A stretch of 64,000 nt of DNA. Origin: the human T2T-CHM13v2.0 reference genome, Homo sapiens. The translations under genes and the position numbers were made by a program. Below the pieces are notes generated by a model. The model saw nothing but the letters and a program-made list of their open reading frames with translations, ran no database searches and was not told the origin of the DNA. This document shows, one piece after another, positions 15,532 to 29,800 of the stretch. Every line of letters begins with the position of its first letter. The first letter of the stretch is position 1. The stretch lies in NCBI RefSeq assembly GCF_009914755.1, contig NC_060933.1; one strand, given 5' to 3'.

Positions 15532-17554
15532 TCCATTGCATTCTGGTTGTTTCCATTCCATTCCATTCCATTTCAGTCCATTCCATTGCACTCAGGTTCA
15601 TTCCATTCCATTCCATTCCATTGCATTCCATTCCATTCCATTCCGGATGATTCCATTCCATTGCATTCCATTCCATTCCATTCCCCTGCACTCGGGTTGA
15701 TTCCATTCCATTCCATTACATTACATTCCGTTCCATTCCATTCCATTCCTTTCGGATTGATTCTATTCAATTCCCTTACACTCCATTCCATTCCATTCCA
15801 TTCGGGTAGTTTCCATTCCATTCCATTCCATTCCTCTCCATTCCATTGCACTCGGGTTGATTCCATTCCATTCCATTCCATTACATTACATTACATTACA
15901 TTACATTACATTCCGTTCCATTGTACTCGGGTTGATTCCATTCCATTGCATTCCATTCCATTCCATTCCATTGCATTCCGTTCCATTACATTCCCCTGCA
16001 CTCGGGTTGATTCCATTCCATTCCATTCCATTCCATTCGATTCCATTCCATTCCAATTCTTTCCATTCCATTCTATTCCGTACCATGCCATTCCATTCCA
16101 TACAATTCCATTCCATTCCATTCCACTCCGTTCCGTTCCGTTCCGTTCCGTTCGGTTCCATTCCATTCCATTCCATTCTATTCGGTTTACTTCCATTCCA
16201 TTCCATTCCATTCCATTCCATTCCGTTGCATTCCATTCCATTACATTCGGATTGATTCTATTCAACACCCTTACTCTCCATTACATTCCATTCCATTCGG
16301 GTTGTTCCATTCCATTCCATTACATTCCACTCCATTCCACTGCACTCGGGTTGATTCCATTCCATTCCATTCCATTCCATTCCATTCGTGTTGATTCCAT
16401 TCCTTTCCATTCCATTCGGTTTGAAGGCATTCCAATCCATTCCATTCCCTTCCATTCCATTCCATTCCATTCCATTCCATTCCATTGTACTCGGGTTGAT
16501 TCCATTCCTTTGCATTCCATTCCATTCCATTCCATTCCATTCCATTCCATTCCGTTGCATTCTATTCCATTACATTCAGATTGATTCTATTCAACTCCCT
16601 TACTCTCCATTACATTCCATTCCATTCGGGTTGTTCCATTCCATTCCATTCCATTCCACTCCATTCCATTGCACTCGGGTTGATTCCATTCCATTCCATT
16701 CCATTCCATTCCATTCCATTCCATTCCGGATGATTCCATTCCATTGCATTCCGTTCCATTACATTCCCCTGCACTCGCGTTGATTCCATTCCTTTCCATT
16801 CCATTCAATTCCATTCCATTACAATTCGTTCTATTCCATTCTATTCCGTTCCGTTCCATTCCATTCCATTCCATTCCATTCCGTTCCGTTCCATTCCATT
16901 GCATTCCATTCTATTCGGGTTAATTCCATTCCATTCCATTCGATTGCAATCGAGTTGATTCCATTCCATTCCATTCCATTCCATTCCATTCCATTCCATT
17001 CCTTTCCATTCCGTTACGGATGATTCCATTCCATTGCATTCCATTCCAATCCATTCCCCTGTACTCGGGTTGATTCCATTCCATTCCATTCCAATCCATG
17101 CCATTCAACTCGTGTTGATTCCATTCTTTCCATTCCATTCAAGTTGAATCCATTCCATTGCATTCCATTCCATTCCATTCCCCTGCAGTCGGGTTGATTC
17201 CATTCCATTCCATTCCATTCCAATCCATTCCATTCCACTCCATTCCGTTCCATTCCATTCTATTCCATTCCATTATATTCGGGTTAATTCCATTCCATTC
17301 CATTCCATTCCAATCGAGTTGATTCCATTCCATTCCGTTCCATTCCATTCCATTCCATTCTATTCGGGTTAATTCCATTCCATTCCATTCCATTCCATTC
17401 CATTCTATTCCATTCCATTGCAATCGAGTTGAATCCATTTCATTCCATTCCATTCCATTCCATTCCATTCCATTCCGGAAGATTCCATTCCATTGCATTC
17501 CACTCCATTCCATTCCCCTGCTCTCGCGTTGATTCCATTCCATTCCATTCCATT

Positions 17555-18850
17555 CCATTCCATCCATTCCGTTCCGTTCCGTTCCATTCCATTCCATTCC
17601 ATTCCATTCCATTCCATTCCATTCCGTTCCGTTCCATTCCATTCCATTCCATTCCATTCTATTTGGGTTAATTCCATTCCATTCCATTCGATTGCAATCG
17701 AGTTGATTCCATTCCATTCCATTCTATTCCATTCCATTCCATTCCTTTCCATTCCATTACGGATGATTCCATTCCATTGCATTCCATTCCATTTCATTCC
17801 CCTGTACTCGGGTTGATTCCATTCCATTCCATTCCAATCCATGCCATTCCACTCGTGTTGATTCCATACTTTCCATTCCATTCAAGTTGAATCCATTCCA
17901 TTGCATTCCATTCCATTCGATTCCATTCGATTGCACTCGGGTTGATTCCATTCCATTGCATTCCATTCCATTCCATTCCATTCCATTCCATTCCATTCCA
18001 TTCCGTTCCATTCCATTCCATTACATTCGGATTGATTCTATTCAATTCCCTTACACTCCATTACATTCCATTCCATTCGGGTAGTTTCCATTCCATTCCA
18101 TTCCATTCCCCTCCATTCCATTGCACTCGGGTTGATTCCATTCCATTGCATTCCATTCCATTCCATTCATTTCCATTCCGTTCCATTCCATTCCATTACA
18201 TTCCATTCCATCCATTCCGTTCCGTTCCGTTCCATTCCATTCCATTCAATTCCATTCCATTCCATTCCATTCCGTTCCGTTCCATTCCATTCCATTCCAT
18301 TCCATTCTATTTGGGTTAATTCCATTCCATTCCATTCGATTGCAATCGAGTTGATTCCATTCCATTCCATTCCATTCCATTCCATTCCATTCCTTTCCAT
18401 TCCATTACGGATGATTCCATTCCATTGCATTCCATTCCATTTCATTCCCCTGTACTCGGGTTGATTCCATTCCATTCCATTCCAATCCATGCCATTCCAC
18501 TCGTGTTGATTCCATACTTTCCATTCCATTCAAGTTGAATCCATTCCATTGCATTCCATTCCATTCGATTCCATTCGATTGCACTCGGGTTGATTCCATT
18601 CCATTGCATTCCATTCCATTCCATTCCATTCCATTCCATTCCATTCCATTCCGTTCCATTCCATTCCATTACATTCGGATTGATTCTATTCAATTCCCTT
18701 ACACTCCATTACATTCCATTCCATTCGGGTAGTTTCCATTCCATTCCATTCCATTCCCCTCCATTCCATTGCACTCGGGTTGATTCCATTCCATTGCATT
18801 CCATTCCATTCCATTCATTTCCATTCCGTTCCATTCCATTCCATTACATT
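17555..18850 (-). repeat. 648-bp near-perfect tandem duplication
   Basis: CATCCATTCCG at 17561/18209. Identical ORF-track peptides at offset 648 (17757/18405, 17794/18442, 17887/18535). Confidence 0.92.
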
Positions 18851-21800
18851 TGGATTGATTCTATTCAACTCCCTTACTCTCCATTACATTTCATTCCATT
18901 CGGGTTGTTCCATTCCATTCCATTCCATTCCACTCCATTCCATTGCACTCGGGTTTATTCCATTCCATTCCATTCCATTCCATTCCATTCCATTCCATTC
19001 CATTCCGGAAGATTCCATTCCATTGCATTCCATTCCATTCCATTCCCCTGCACTCGCGTTGATTCCATTCCATTCCATTCCATTCCATTCCATTGCATTC
19101 CATTCCATTCCATTCCTTTCCGTTCCATTCCATTCCATTCCATTCCATTCCAATCCATTCCATTCCGTTCCGTTCCATTCCATTCCATTCCATTCTATTC
19201 GGGTTAATTCCATTCCATTCCATTCGATTGCAATCGAGTTGATTCCATTCCATTCTATTCCATTCCATTCCATTCCATTCCATTCTTTTCCATTCCATTC
19301 CATTTCGGATGATTCCATTGCATTGCATTCCATTCAATTCCATTCCCCTGTACTCGGGTTGATTCCATTGCATTCCATTCCAATCCATGCCATTCCACTC
19401 GTGTTGATTCCATTCTTTCCATTCCATTCAAGTTGAATCCATTCCATTGCATTCCATTCCATTCCATTCCCCTGCAGTCGGGTTGATTCCATTCCATTCC
19501 ATTCCATTCCATTCCATTCCATTCCATTCCGTTCCGTTCCATTCCATTCCATTCCATTCTATTCGGGTTAATTCCATTCTATTCCATTCCATTCCATTCC
19601 AATCGAGTTGATTCCATTCCATTCCATTCCATTCCATTCCACTCCATTCCATTCCACTCCATTCCAGTCCTTTCCATTCCATTCCACTCGGGTTGATTCC
19701 AATGTATTCCTTTCCATTCCATTCCATTCCATTGCAATCGAGTTGATTCCATTGCTTTGCATTCCATTCCATTCCATTCCATTCCGGATGATTCCATTCC
19801 ATTGCATTCCATTCCATTCCACTCCCCTGCACTCGTGTAGTTTCCATTCCATTCCACTCCATTCCGTTCCATTCCATTACATTCCATTGTATTCGGGTTA
19901 ATTCCATTCCATTCCATTCCATTCCGTTCCATTACAATCGAGTTGATTCAATTCCATTCCATTCCATTCCAGTCCTTTCCATTCCATTCCACTCGGGTTG
20001 ATTCCATTCTATTAGTTTCCATTCCATTCCATTCCCTTCCATTCCACTGTGGTTGATACCATTCCTTTCCATTCCAATCGAATACATTCCCTCCTATTCC
20101 ACTCGGAACAATTCCATTCCATTCCATTCCATTCCATTCCATTCCATTCCATTCCATTCCATTCCATTTCGTTCCATTCCATTCTATTCCGTATCATTCC
20201 ATTCCATTCCATTCCATTCCATTCCATTCCATTCCATTCCATTCCATTGTACTCAGGTTGATTCAATTCCATTGCATTCCATTCCATTCCATTCCATTCC
20301 ATTCCATTCCATTCCGTTCTATTCCATTCCATTACATTCGGATTGATTCTATTCAACTCCCTTACTCTCCATTACATTCCATTCCATTCGGGTTGTTCCA
20401 TTCCATTCCATTCCATTCCACTCCATTCCATTGCACTCGGGTTGATTCCATTCCATTCCATTCCATTCCATTCCATTCCATTCCATTCCGGATGATTCCA
20501 TTCCATTGCATTCCGTTCCATTACATTCCCCTGCACTCGCGTTGATTCCATTCCATTCCATTCAATTCCGTTCCATTACAATTCGTTCCATTCCATTCTA
20601 TTCCGTACCATTCCATTCCTTTCCATACCATTCCATTCCATTCCATTCCGTTCCATTCCGTTCCATTCCATTCCATTCCATTCTACTCGGATTAATTCCA
20701 TTCCATTCCATTCCATTCGATTCCATTCCATTCTATTCCATTCCATTGCAATCGAGTTCAATCCATTGCATTCCATTCCATTCCATTCCATTCCATTCCA
20801 TTCCGGAAGATTCCATTCCATTTCATTCCATTCCATTCCATTCCCCTGCACTCGCGTTGATTCCATTCCATTCCATTCCATTCCATTCCGTTCCGTTCCA
20901 TTCCATTCCATTCCATTCCATTCCATTCCGTTCCGTTCCATTCCATTCCATTCCATTCTATTCGGGTTAATTCCATTCCATTCCATTCGATTGCAATCGA
21001 GTTGATTCCATTCCATTCTATTCCATTCCATTCCATTACATTCCATTCCTTTCCATTCCATTACGGATGATTCCATTCCATTGCATTCCATTCCATTCCA
21101 TTCCCCTGTACTCGGGTTGATTCCATTGCATTCCATTCCAATCCATGCCATTCCACTCGTGTTGATTCCATTCTTTCCATTCCATTCAAGTTGAATCCAT
21201 TCCATTGCATTCCATTCCATTCCATTCCCCTGTACTCGGGTTGATTCCATTCCATTCCATTCCAATCCATGCCATTCCACTCGTGTTGATTCCATACTTT
21301 CCATTCCATTCAAGTTGAATCCATTCCATTGCATTCCATTCCATTCGATTCCATTCGATTGCACTCGGGTTGATTCCATTCCATTGCATTCCATTCCATT
21401 CCATTCCATTCCATTCCATTCCATTCCGTTCCATTCCATTCCATTACATTCGGATTGATTCTATTCAATTCCCTTACACTCCATTACATTCCATTCCATT
21501 CGGGTAGTTTCCATTCCATTCCATTCCATTCCTCTCCATTCCATTGCACTCGGGTTGATTCCATTCCATTGCATTCCATTCCATTCCATTCAATTCCATT
21601 CCGTTCCATTCCATTCCATTACATTCGGATTCATTCTATTCAACTCCCTTACTCTCCATTACATTCCATTCCATTCGGGTTGTTCCATTCTATTCCATTC
21701 CATTCCACTCCATTCAATTGCACTCGGGTTTATTCCATTCCATTCCATTCCATTCCATTCCGGAAGATTCCATTCCATTGCATTCCATTCCATTCCATTC

Positions 21801-24800
21801 CCCTGCACTCGCGTTGATTCCATTCCATTCCATTCCATTCCATTCCATTGCATTCCATTCCATTCCATTCCTTTCCGTTCCATTCCATTCCATTCCATTC
21901 CATTCCAATCCATTCCATTCCGTTCCGTTCCGTTCCATTCCATTCCATTCCATTCTATTCGGGTTAATTCCATTCCATTCCATTCGATTGCAATCGAGTT
22001 GATTCCATTCCATTCTATTCCATTCCATTCCATTCCATTCCATTCCTTTCCATTCCATTCCATTTCGGATGATTCCATTCCATTGCATTCCATTCAATTC
22101 CATTCCCCTGTACTCGGGTTGATTCCATTGCATTCCATTCCAATCCATGCCATTCCACTCGTGTTGATTCCATTCTTTCCATTCCATTCAAGTTGAATCC
22201 ATTCCATTGCATTCCATTCCATTCCATTCCCCTGCAGTCGGGTTGATTCCATTCCATTCCATTCCATTCCATTCCATTCCATTCCATTCCGTTCCGTTCC
22301 ATTCCATTCCATTCCATTCTATTCGGGTTAATTCCATTCCATTCCATTCCATTCCATTCCAATCGAGTTGATTCCATTCCATTCCATTCCATTCCATTCC
22401 ACTCCATTCCATTCCACTCCATTCCAGTCCTTTCCATTCCATTCCACTCGGGTTGATTCCAATGTATTCCTTTCCATTCCATTCCATTCCATTGCAATCG
22501 AGTTGATTCCATTGCTTTGCATTCCATTCCATTCCATTCCATTCCGGATGATTCCATTCCATTGCATTCCATTCCATTCCACTCCCCTGCACTCGTGTTG
22601 TTTCCATTCCATTCCACTCCATTCCATTGCAATCGAGTTGAATCCATTGCATTCCATTCCATTCCTTTCCATTCCATTCCATTCCATTCCGGAAGATTCC
22701 ATTCCATTGCATTCCATTCCATTCCATTCCATTCCATTCCATTCCATTCCATTGTACTCGGGTTGATTCCATTCCATTGCATTCCATTCCATTCCATTCC
22801 ATTCCATTCCATTCCGTTCCATTCCATTCCATTCCATTCGGATTGATTCTTTTGAACTCCCTTACTCTCCATTACATTCCATTTCATTCGGGTTGTTCCA
22901 TTCCATTCCATTCCATTCCACTCCATTCCATTGCACTCGGGTTGATTCCATTCCATTCCATTCCATTCCATTCCGGATGATTCCATTGCATTCCGTTCCA
23001 TTACATTCCCCAGCACTCGCGTTGATTCCATTCCATTCCATTCCATTCCATTCCTTTCCGTTCCATTCCATTCCATTCCATTCCATTCCGTTCCGTTCCA
23101 TTCCATTCCATTCCATTCTATTCGGGTTAATTCCATTCCATTCCATTCGATTGCAATCGAGTTGATTCCATTCCATTCCATTCCATTCCATTCCATTCCA
23201 TTCCAGTCCTTTCCATTCCATTACGGATGATTCCATTCCATTGAATTCCATTCCATTCCATTCCCCTGTACTCGGGTTGATTCCATTCCATTCCATTCCA
23301 ATCCATGACATTCCACTCGTGTTGATTCCATTCTTTCCTTTCCATTCAAGTTGAATCCATTCCATTGCATTCCATTCCATTCGATTCCATTCGATTGCAC
23401 TCGCGTTGATTCCATTCCATTGCATTCCATTCCATTCCATTCCATTCCATTCCGTTCCATTCCATTTCATTACATTCAGATTGATTCTATTCTATTCCCT
23501 TACACTCCATTATATTCCAATCCATTCTGGTTGTTTCCATTCCATTCCATTCCATTTCACTCCATTCAATTGCACTCGGGTTGATTCCATTCCATTCCAT
23601 TCCATTCCATTCCGGATGATTCCATTCCATTGCATTCCATTCCATTCCATTCCCCTGCACTCGTGTTGATTCTATTCCCTTCCATTCCATTCCATTCCGT
23701 TCCATTCCATTGCATTCCATTCTATTCTGGTTAATTCCATTCCATTCCATTCCATTCCATTCCATTCCGTTCCGTTCCGTTCCATTCCATTCCATTCCAT
23801 TCTATTCGGGTTAATTCCATTCCATTCCTTTCGATTTCAATCGAGTTGATTCCATTCCATTCCATTCCATTCCATTCCATTCCATTCCATTCCTTTCCAT
23901 TCCATTACGGATGATTCCATTCCATTGCATTCCATTCCATTCCCCTGTACTCGGGTTGATTCCATTCCATTCCACTGCAATCCATGCCATTCCACTCGTG
24001 TTGATTCCATTCTTTCCATTCCATTAAAGTTGAATCCATTCCATTACATTCCATTCCATTCGATTCCATTCGATTGCACTCGGGTTGATTCCATTCCATT
24101 GCATTCCATTCCATTACATTTCATTCCATTCCTTTCCATTCCAATCCATTCCATTCCATTCCATTCCACTCGAGTTGATTTCATTCCATTCCTTTCCATT
24201 CCATTCCATTCCTTTCCACTCGAGTTGATTCCATTCCATTCCATTCCATTGCATTCCATTCCATGCCGTTCCACTCGGGTTGATTCCATTCCATTCCATT
24301 CCATTCCATTCCATTGTACTCTGGTTGATTGCATTCCATTCCATTCCATTCCATTCCATTCCGTTGCATTCCATTCCATTACATTCGGATTGATTCTATT
24401 CAACTCCCTTACTCTCCATTACATTCCATTCCATTCGGGTTGTTCCATTCCATTCCATTCCATTCCACTCCATTCTATTGCACTCGGGTTGATTCCATTC
24501 CATTCCATTCAATTCCATTCCATTCCGGATGATTCCATTCCATTGCATTCCATTCCATTACATTCCCCTGCACTCACGTTGATTCCATTCCATTCCATTC
24601 CATTCCATTCAATTCCATTCCATTACAATTCGTTCCATTCCATTCTATTCCGTACCATTCCATTCCATTCCATACCATTCCATTGCATTCCATTCCATTC
24701 CATTCCGTTCCATTCCGTTCCATTCCATTCTATTCGGGTTAATTCCATTCCATTCCATTCCATTCCATTCTATTCCATTCCATTGCAATCGAGTTGAATC

Positions 24801-25899
24801 CATTGCATTCCATTCCATTCCATTCCATTCCATTCTATTCCGGAAGATTCCATTCCATTGCAATCCATTCCATTCCATTCCCGTGCACTCGCGTTGATTC
24901 CATTCCATTCCATTCCATTCCATTCCATTCCATTCCATTCCGTTCCGTTCCGTTCCGTTCCGTTCCATTCCATTCCATTCCATTCCATTCCATTCCGTTC
25001 CGTTCCATTCCATTCCATTCCATTCTATTCGGTTTAATTCCATTCCATTCCATTCGATTGCAATCGAGTTGATTCCATTCCATTCCATTCCATTCCATTC
25101 CTTTCCATTCCATTACGGATTATTCCATTCCATTGCATTCCATTCCATTCCATTCCCCTGTACTCGGGTTGATTCCATTCCATTCCATTCCAATCCATGC
25201 CATTCCACTCGTGTTGATTCCATTCTTTCCATTCAATTCAAGTTGAATCCATTCCATTGCATTCCATTCCATTCGATTCCATTCGACTGCACTCGGGTTG
25301 ATTCCATTCCATTGCATTCCATTCCATTCCATTCCATTCCATTCCATTCCCTTCCATTACATTCGGATTGATTCTATTCAATTCCCTTACACTCCAATAC
25401 ATTCCATTCCACTCGGGTAGTTTCCATTCCATTCCATTCCTCTCCATTCCATTGCACTCGGGTTGATTCCATTCCATTGCATTCCATTCCATTCCATTCA
25501 ATTCCATTCCGTTCCATTCCATTCCATTACATTCGGATTGATTCTATTCAACTCCCTTACTCTCCATTACATTCCATTCCATTCGGGTTGTTCCATTCCA
25601 TTCCATTCCATTCCACTCCATTCCATTGCACTCGGGTTTATTCCATTCAATTCCATTCCATTCCATTCCATTCCATTCCATTCCATTCCATTCCTTTCCG
25701 TTCCATTCCATTCCATTCCATTCCTTTCCATTCCATTCCATTCCATTCCCCTGCACTCGCGTTGATTCCATTCCATTCCATTCCATTCCATTCCATTCCA
25801 TTCCATTCCGTTCCGTTCCGTTCCGTTCCGTTCCATTCCATTCCATTCCATTCCATTCCATTCCGTTCCGTTCCATTCCATTCCATTCCATTCTATTCG

Positions 25900-28800
25900 A
25901 TTTAATTCCATTCCATTCCATTCGATTGCAATCGAGTTGATTCCATTCCATTCCATTCCATTCCATTCCATTCCTTTCCATTCCATTACGGATGATTCCA
26001 TTCAATTGCATTCCATTTCATTCCTTTCCCCTGTACTCGGGTTGATTCCATTCCATTCCATTCCAATCCATGCCATTCCACTCGTGTTGATTCCATTCTT
26101 TCCATTCCATTCAAGTTGAAAACATTCCATTGCTTTCCATTCCATTCCATTCCCCTGCAGTCGGGTTGATTCCATTCCATTGCATTCCATTCCATTCCAT
26201 TTCATTCCGTTCCGTTCCGTTCCGTTCCATTCCATTCCATTCCATTCTATTCGGGTTAATTCCATTCCATTCCATTCCATTCCAATCGAGTTGATTCTAT
26301 TCCATTCCATTCCATTCCATTCCAGTCCATTCCAGTCCTTTCCATTCCATTCCACTCGGGTTGATTCCAATGTATTCCTTTCCATTCCATTCCATTCCAT
26401 TGCAATCGAGTTGATTCCATTGCTTTGCATTCCATTCCATTCCATTCCATTCCGGATGATTCCATTCCATTGCATTCCATTCCATTCCATTCCCCTGCAC
26501 TCGGGTTGATTCCATTCCATTCCACTCCATTCCGTTCCATTCCATTCCATTCCATTGTATTCGGGTTAATTCCATTCCATTCCAGTCCATTCCATTCCAT
26601 TCCATTCCATTACAATCGAGTTGATTCCATTCCATTCCATTGCATTCCATTCCAGTCTTTTCCATTCCATTCCACTCGGGTTGATTCCATTCTATTAGTT
26701 TCCATTCCATTCCATTCCCTTCCATTCCACTCTGCTGATTCCATTCCTTTCCATTCCACTCGAATACATTCCCTCCTATTCCACTCGGAACGATTCCATT
26801 CCATTCCATTCCATTCCATTCCATTCCATTTCGTTCCATTACATTCTATTCCGTATCATTCCATTCCATTCCTTTCCATTCCATTCCATTCCATTCCATT
26901 CCACTCGTGTTGATTCCATTCCTTTCCATTCCATTCGGTTTGAAGGCTTTCCATTCCATTCCATTCCATTCCATTCCATTCCATTCCATTCCATTCCATT
27001 GTACTCGGGTTGATTCCATTCCATTGCATTCCATTCCATTCCATTCCATTCCATTCCAATCCGTTGCATTCCATTCCATTACATTCGGATTGATTCTATT
27101 CAACTCCCTTACTCTCCATTACATTACATTCCATTCGGGTTGTTCCATTCCATTCCATTCCATTCCACTCCATTCCATTGCACTCGGGTTGATTCCATTC
27201 CATTCCATTCCATTCCATTCCATTCCGGATGATTCCATTCCATTGCATTCCGTTCCATTACATTCCCCTGCACTCGCGTTGATTCCATTCCATTCCATTC
27301 CATTCCATTCCATTCAATTCCATTCCATTACAATTCGTTCCATTCCATTCTATTCCGTACCATTCCATTCCATTCCATACCATTCCATTCCATTCCATTC
27401 CATTCCATTCCGTTCCATTCCGTTCCATTCCATTCCATTCCATTCTATTCGGGTTAATTCCATTCCATTCCATTCCATTCCATTCCATTCCAATCTATTC
27501 CATTCCATTGCAATCGAGTTGAATCCATTGCATTTCATTCCATTCCATTCCATTCCATTCCATTCCATTGCAATCGAGTTGAATCCATTGCATTTCATTC
27601 CATTCCATTCCACTCCATTCCATTCCGGAATATTCCATTCCATTGCATTCCATTCCATTCCATTCCCCTGCACTCGCGTTGATTCCTTTCCATTCCATTC
27701 CATTCCATTCCATTCCATTCCATTCAATTCCTTTCCGTTCCATTCCATTCCATTCCATTGCATTCCATTCCATTCCATTCCATTCCGTTCCGTTCTGTTC
27801 CATTCCATTCCATTCCATTCTATTCGGGATAATTCCATTCCATTCCATTCGATTGCAATCGAGTTGATTCCATGCCATTCCATTCCATTCCATTCCATTC
27901 CATTCCATGCCTTTCCATTCCATTACGGATGATTCCATTCCATTGCATTCCATTCCATTCCTTTCCCCTGTACTCGGGTTGATTCCATTCCATTCCATTC
28001 CAATCCATGCCATTCCACTGGTGTTGATTCCATTCTTTCCATTCCATTCAAGTTGAATCCATTCCATTGCTTTCCATTCCATTCCATTCCCCTGTAGTCG
28101 GGTTCATTCCATTCCATTCCATTCCATTCCATTCCATTCCATTCCATTCCGTTCCGTTCCGTTCCCTTCCGTTCCGTTCCATTCCATTCCATTCCATTCT
28201 ATTCGGGTTAATTCCATTCCATTCCATTCCATTCCATTCCATTCCATTCCATTCCAATCGAGTTGATTCCATTCCATTCCATTCCATTCCATTCCACTCC
28301 ATTCCAGTCCTTTCCATTCCATTCCACTCGGGTTGATTCCAATGTATTCCTTTCCATTCCATTCCATTCCATTGCAATCGAGTTGATTCCATTGCTTTGC
28401 ATTCCATTCCATTCCATTCCATTCCGGATGACTCCATTCCATTGCATTCCATTCCATTGCATTCCCCTGCACTCGGGTTGATTCCATTCCGTTCCACTCC
28501 ATTCCGTTGCATTCCATTCCATTCCATTATATTCGGGTTAATTCCATTCCATTCCATTCCATTCCATTCCATTCCATTCCAATCGAGTTGATTCCATTCC
28601 ATTCCATTCCATTCCATTCCATTCCATTCCAGTCCTTTCCATTGCATTCCACTCGGGTTGATTCCATTCTATTAGTTTCCATTCCATTCCATTCCCTTCC
28701 ATTCCACTCTGGTTGATTCCATTCCTTTCCATTCCACTCGAATACATTCCCTCCTATTCCACTCGGAACGATTCCATTCCATTTCATTCCATTCCATTCC

Positions 28801-29800
28801 ATTCCATTCCATTCCATTTCGTTCCATTACATTCTATTCCGTATCATTCCATTCCATTCCTTTCCATTCCATTCCATTCCATTCCATTCCACTCGTGTTG
28901 ATTCCATTCCTTTCTATTCCATTCGGTTTGAAGGCTTTCCATTCCATTCCATTCCATTCCATTCCATTCCATTCCATTGTACTCGGGTTGATTCCATTCC
29001 ATTGCATTCCATTCCATTCCATTCCATTCCAATCCGTTGCATTCCATTCCATTACATTCGGATTGATTCTATTCAACTCCCTTACTCTCCATTACATTAC
29101 ATTCCATTCGGGTTGTTCCATTCCATTCCATTCCATTCCACTCCATTCCATTGCACTCGGGTTGATTCCATTCCATTCCATTCCATTCCATTCCATTCCG
29201 GATGATTCCATTCCATTGCATTCCGTTCCATTACATTCCCCTGCACTCGCGTTGATTCCATTCCATTCCATTCCATTCCATTCCATTCAATTCCATTCCA
29301 TTACAATTCGTTCCATTCCATTCTATTCCATACCATTCCATTCCATTCCATTCCATTCCATTCCGTTCCATTCCGTTCCATTCCATTCCATTCCATTCTA
29401 TTCGGGTTAATTCCATTCCATTCCATTCCATTCCATTCCATTCCATTCCAATCTATTCCATTCCATTACAATCGAGTTGAATCCATTGCATTTCATTCTA
29501 TTCCATTCCATTCCATTCCATTCCATTGCAATCGAGTTGAATCCATTGCATTTCATTCCATTCCATTCCACTAAATTCCATTCCGGAAGATTCCATTCCA
29601 TTGCATTCCATTCCATTCCATTCCCCTGCACTCGCGTTGATTCCTTTCCATTCCATTCCATTCCATTCCATTCCATTCCGTTCCGTTCCGTTCCGTTCCA
29701 TTTCATTCCATTCCATTCCATTCCATTCCGTTCCGTTCCATTCCATTCCATTCCATTCTATTCGGGTTAATTCCATTCCAATCCATTCGATTGCAATCGA
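25900..29800 (-). repeat. ~1.95-2.0-kb tandem duplication in the inverted block, with a related third unit extending to ~30800
   Basis: AAGGCTTTCC 26943/28931, CAATCTATTC ~27491/29449, and a doubled GAATCCATTGCATTTC module at 27520-27600/29480-29560. ORF offsets 1973-1988. Confidence 0.82.

Noticed and set aside
15400-15700. Junctions as sequencing fold-back or chimera artefacts
   Set aside because: The mirrored arms differ by substitutions and indels and have spacers, which is unlike artefactual read palindromes. Read support is still needed to exclude misassembly.
15427-16584. 385-aa ORF switching from MEWNG to HSIPF, and similar hybrid ORFs at 33343-33962
   Set aside because: They only read across the strand-switch junctions. 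They mark the junctions but are not fusion genes.
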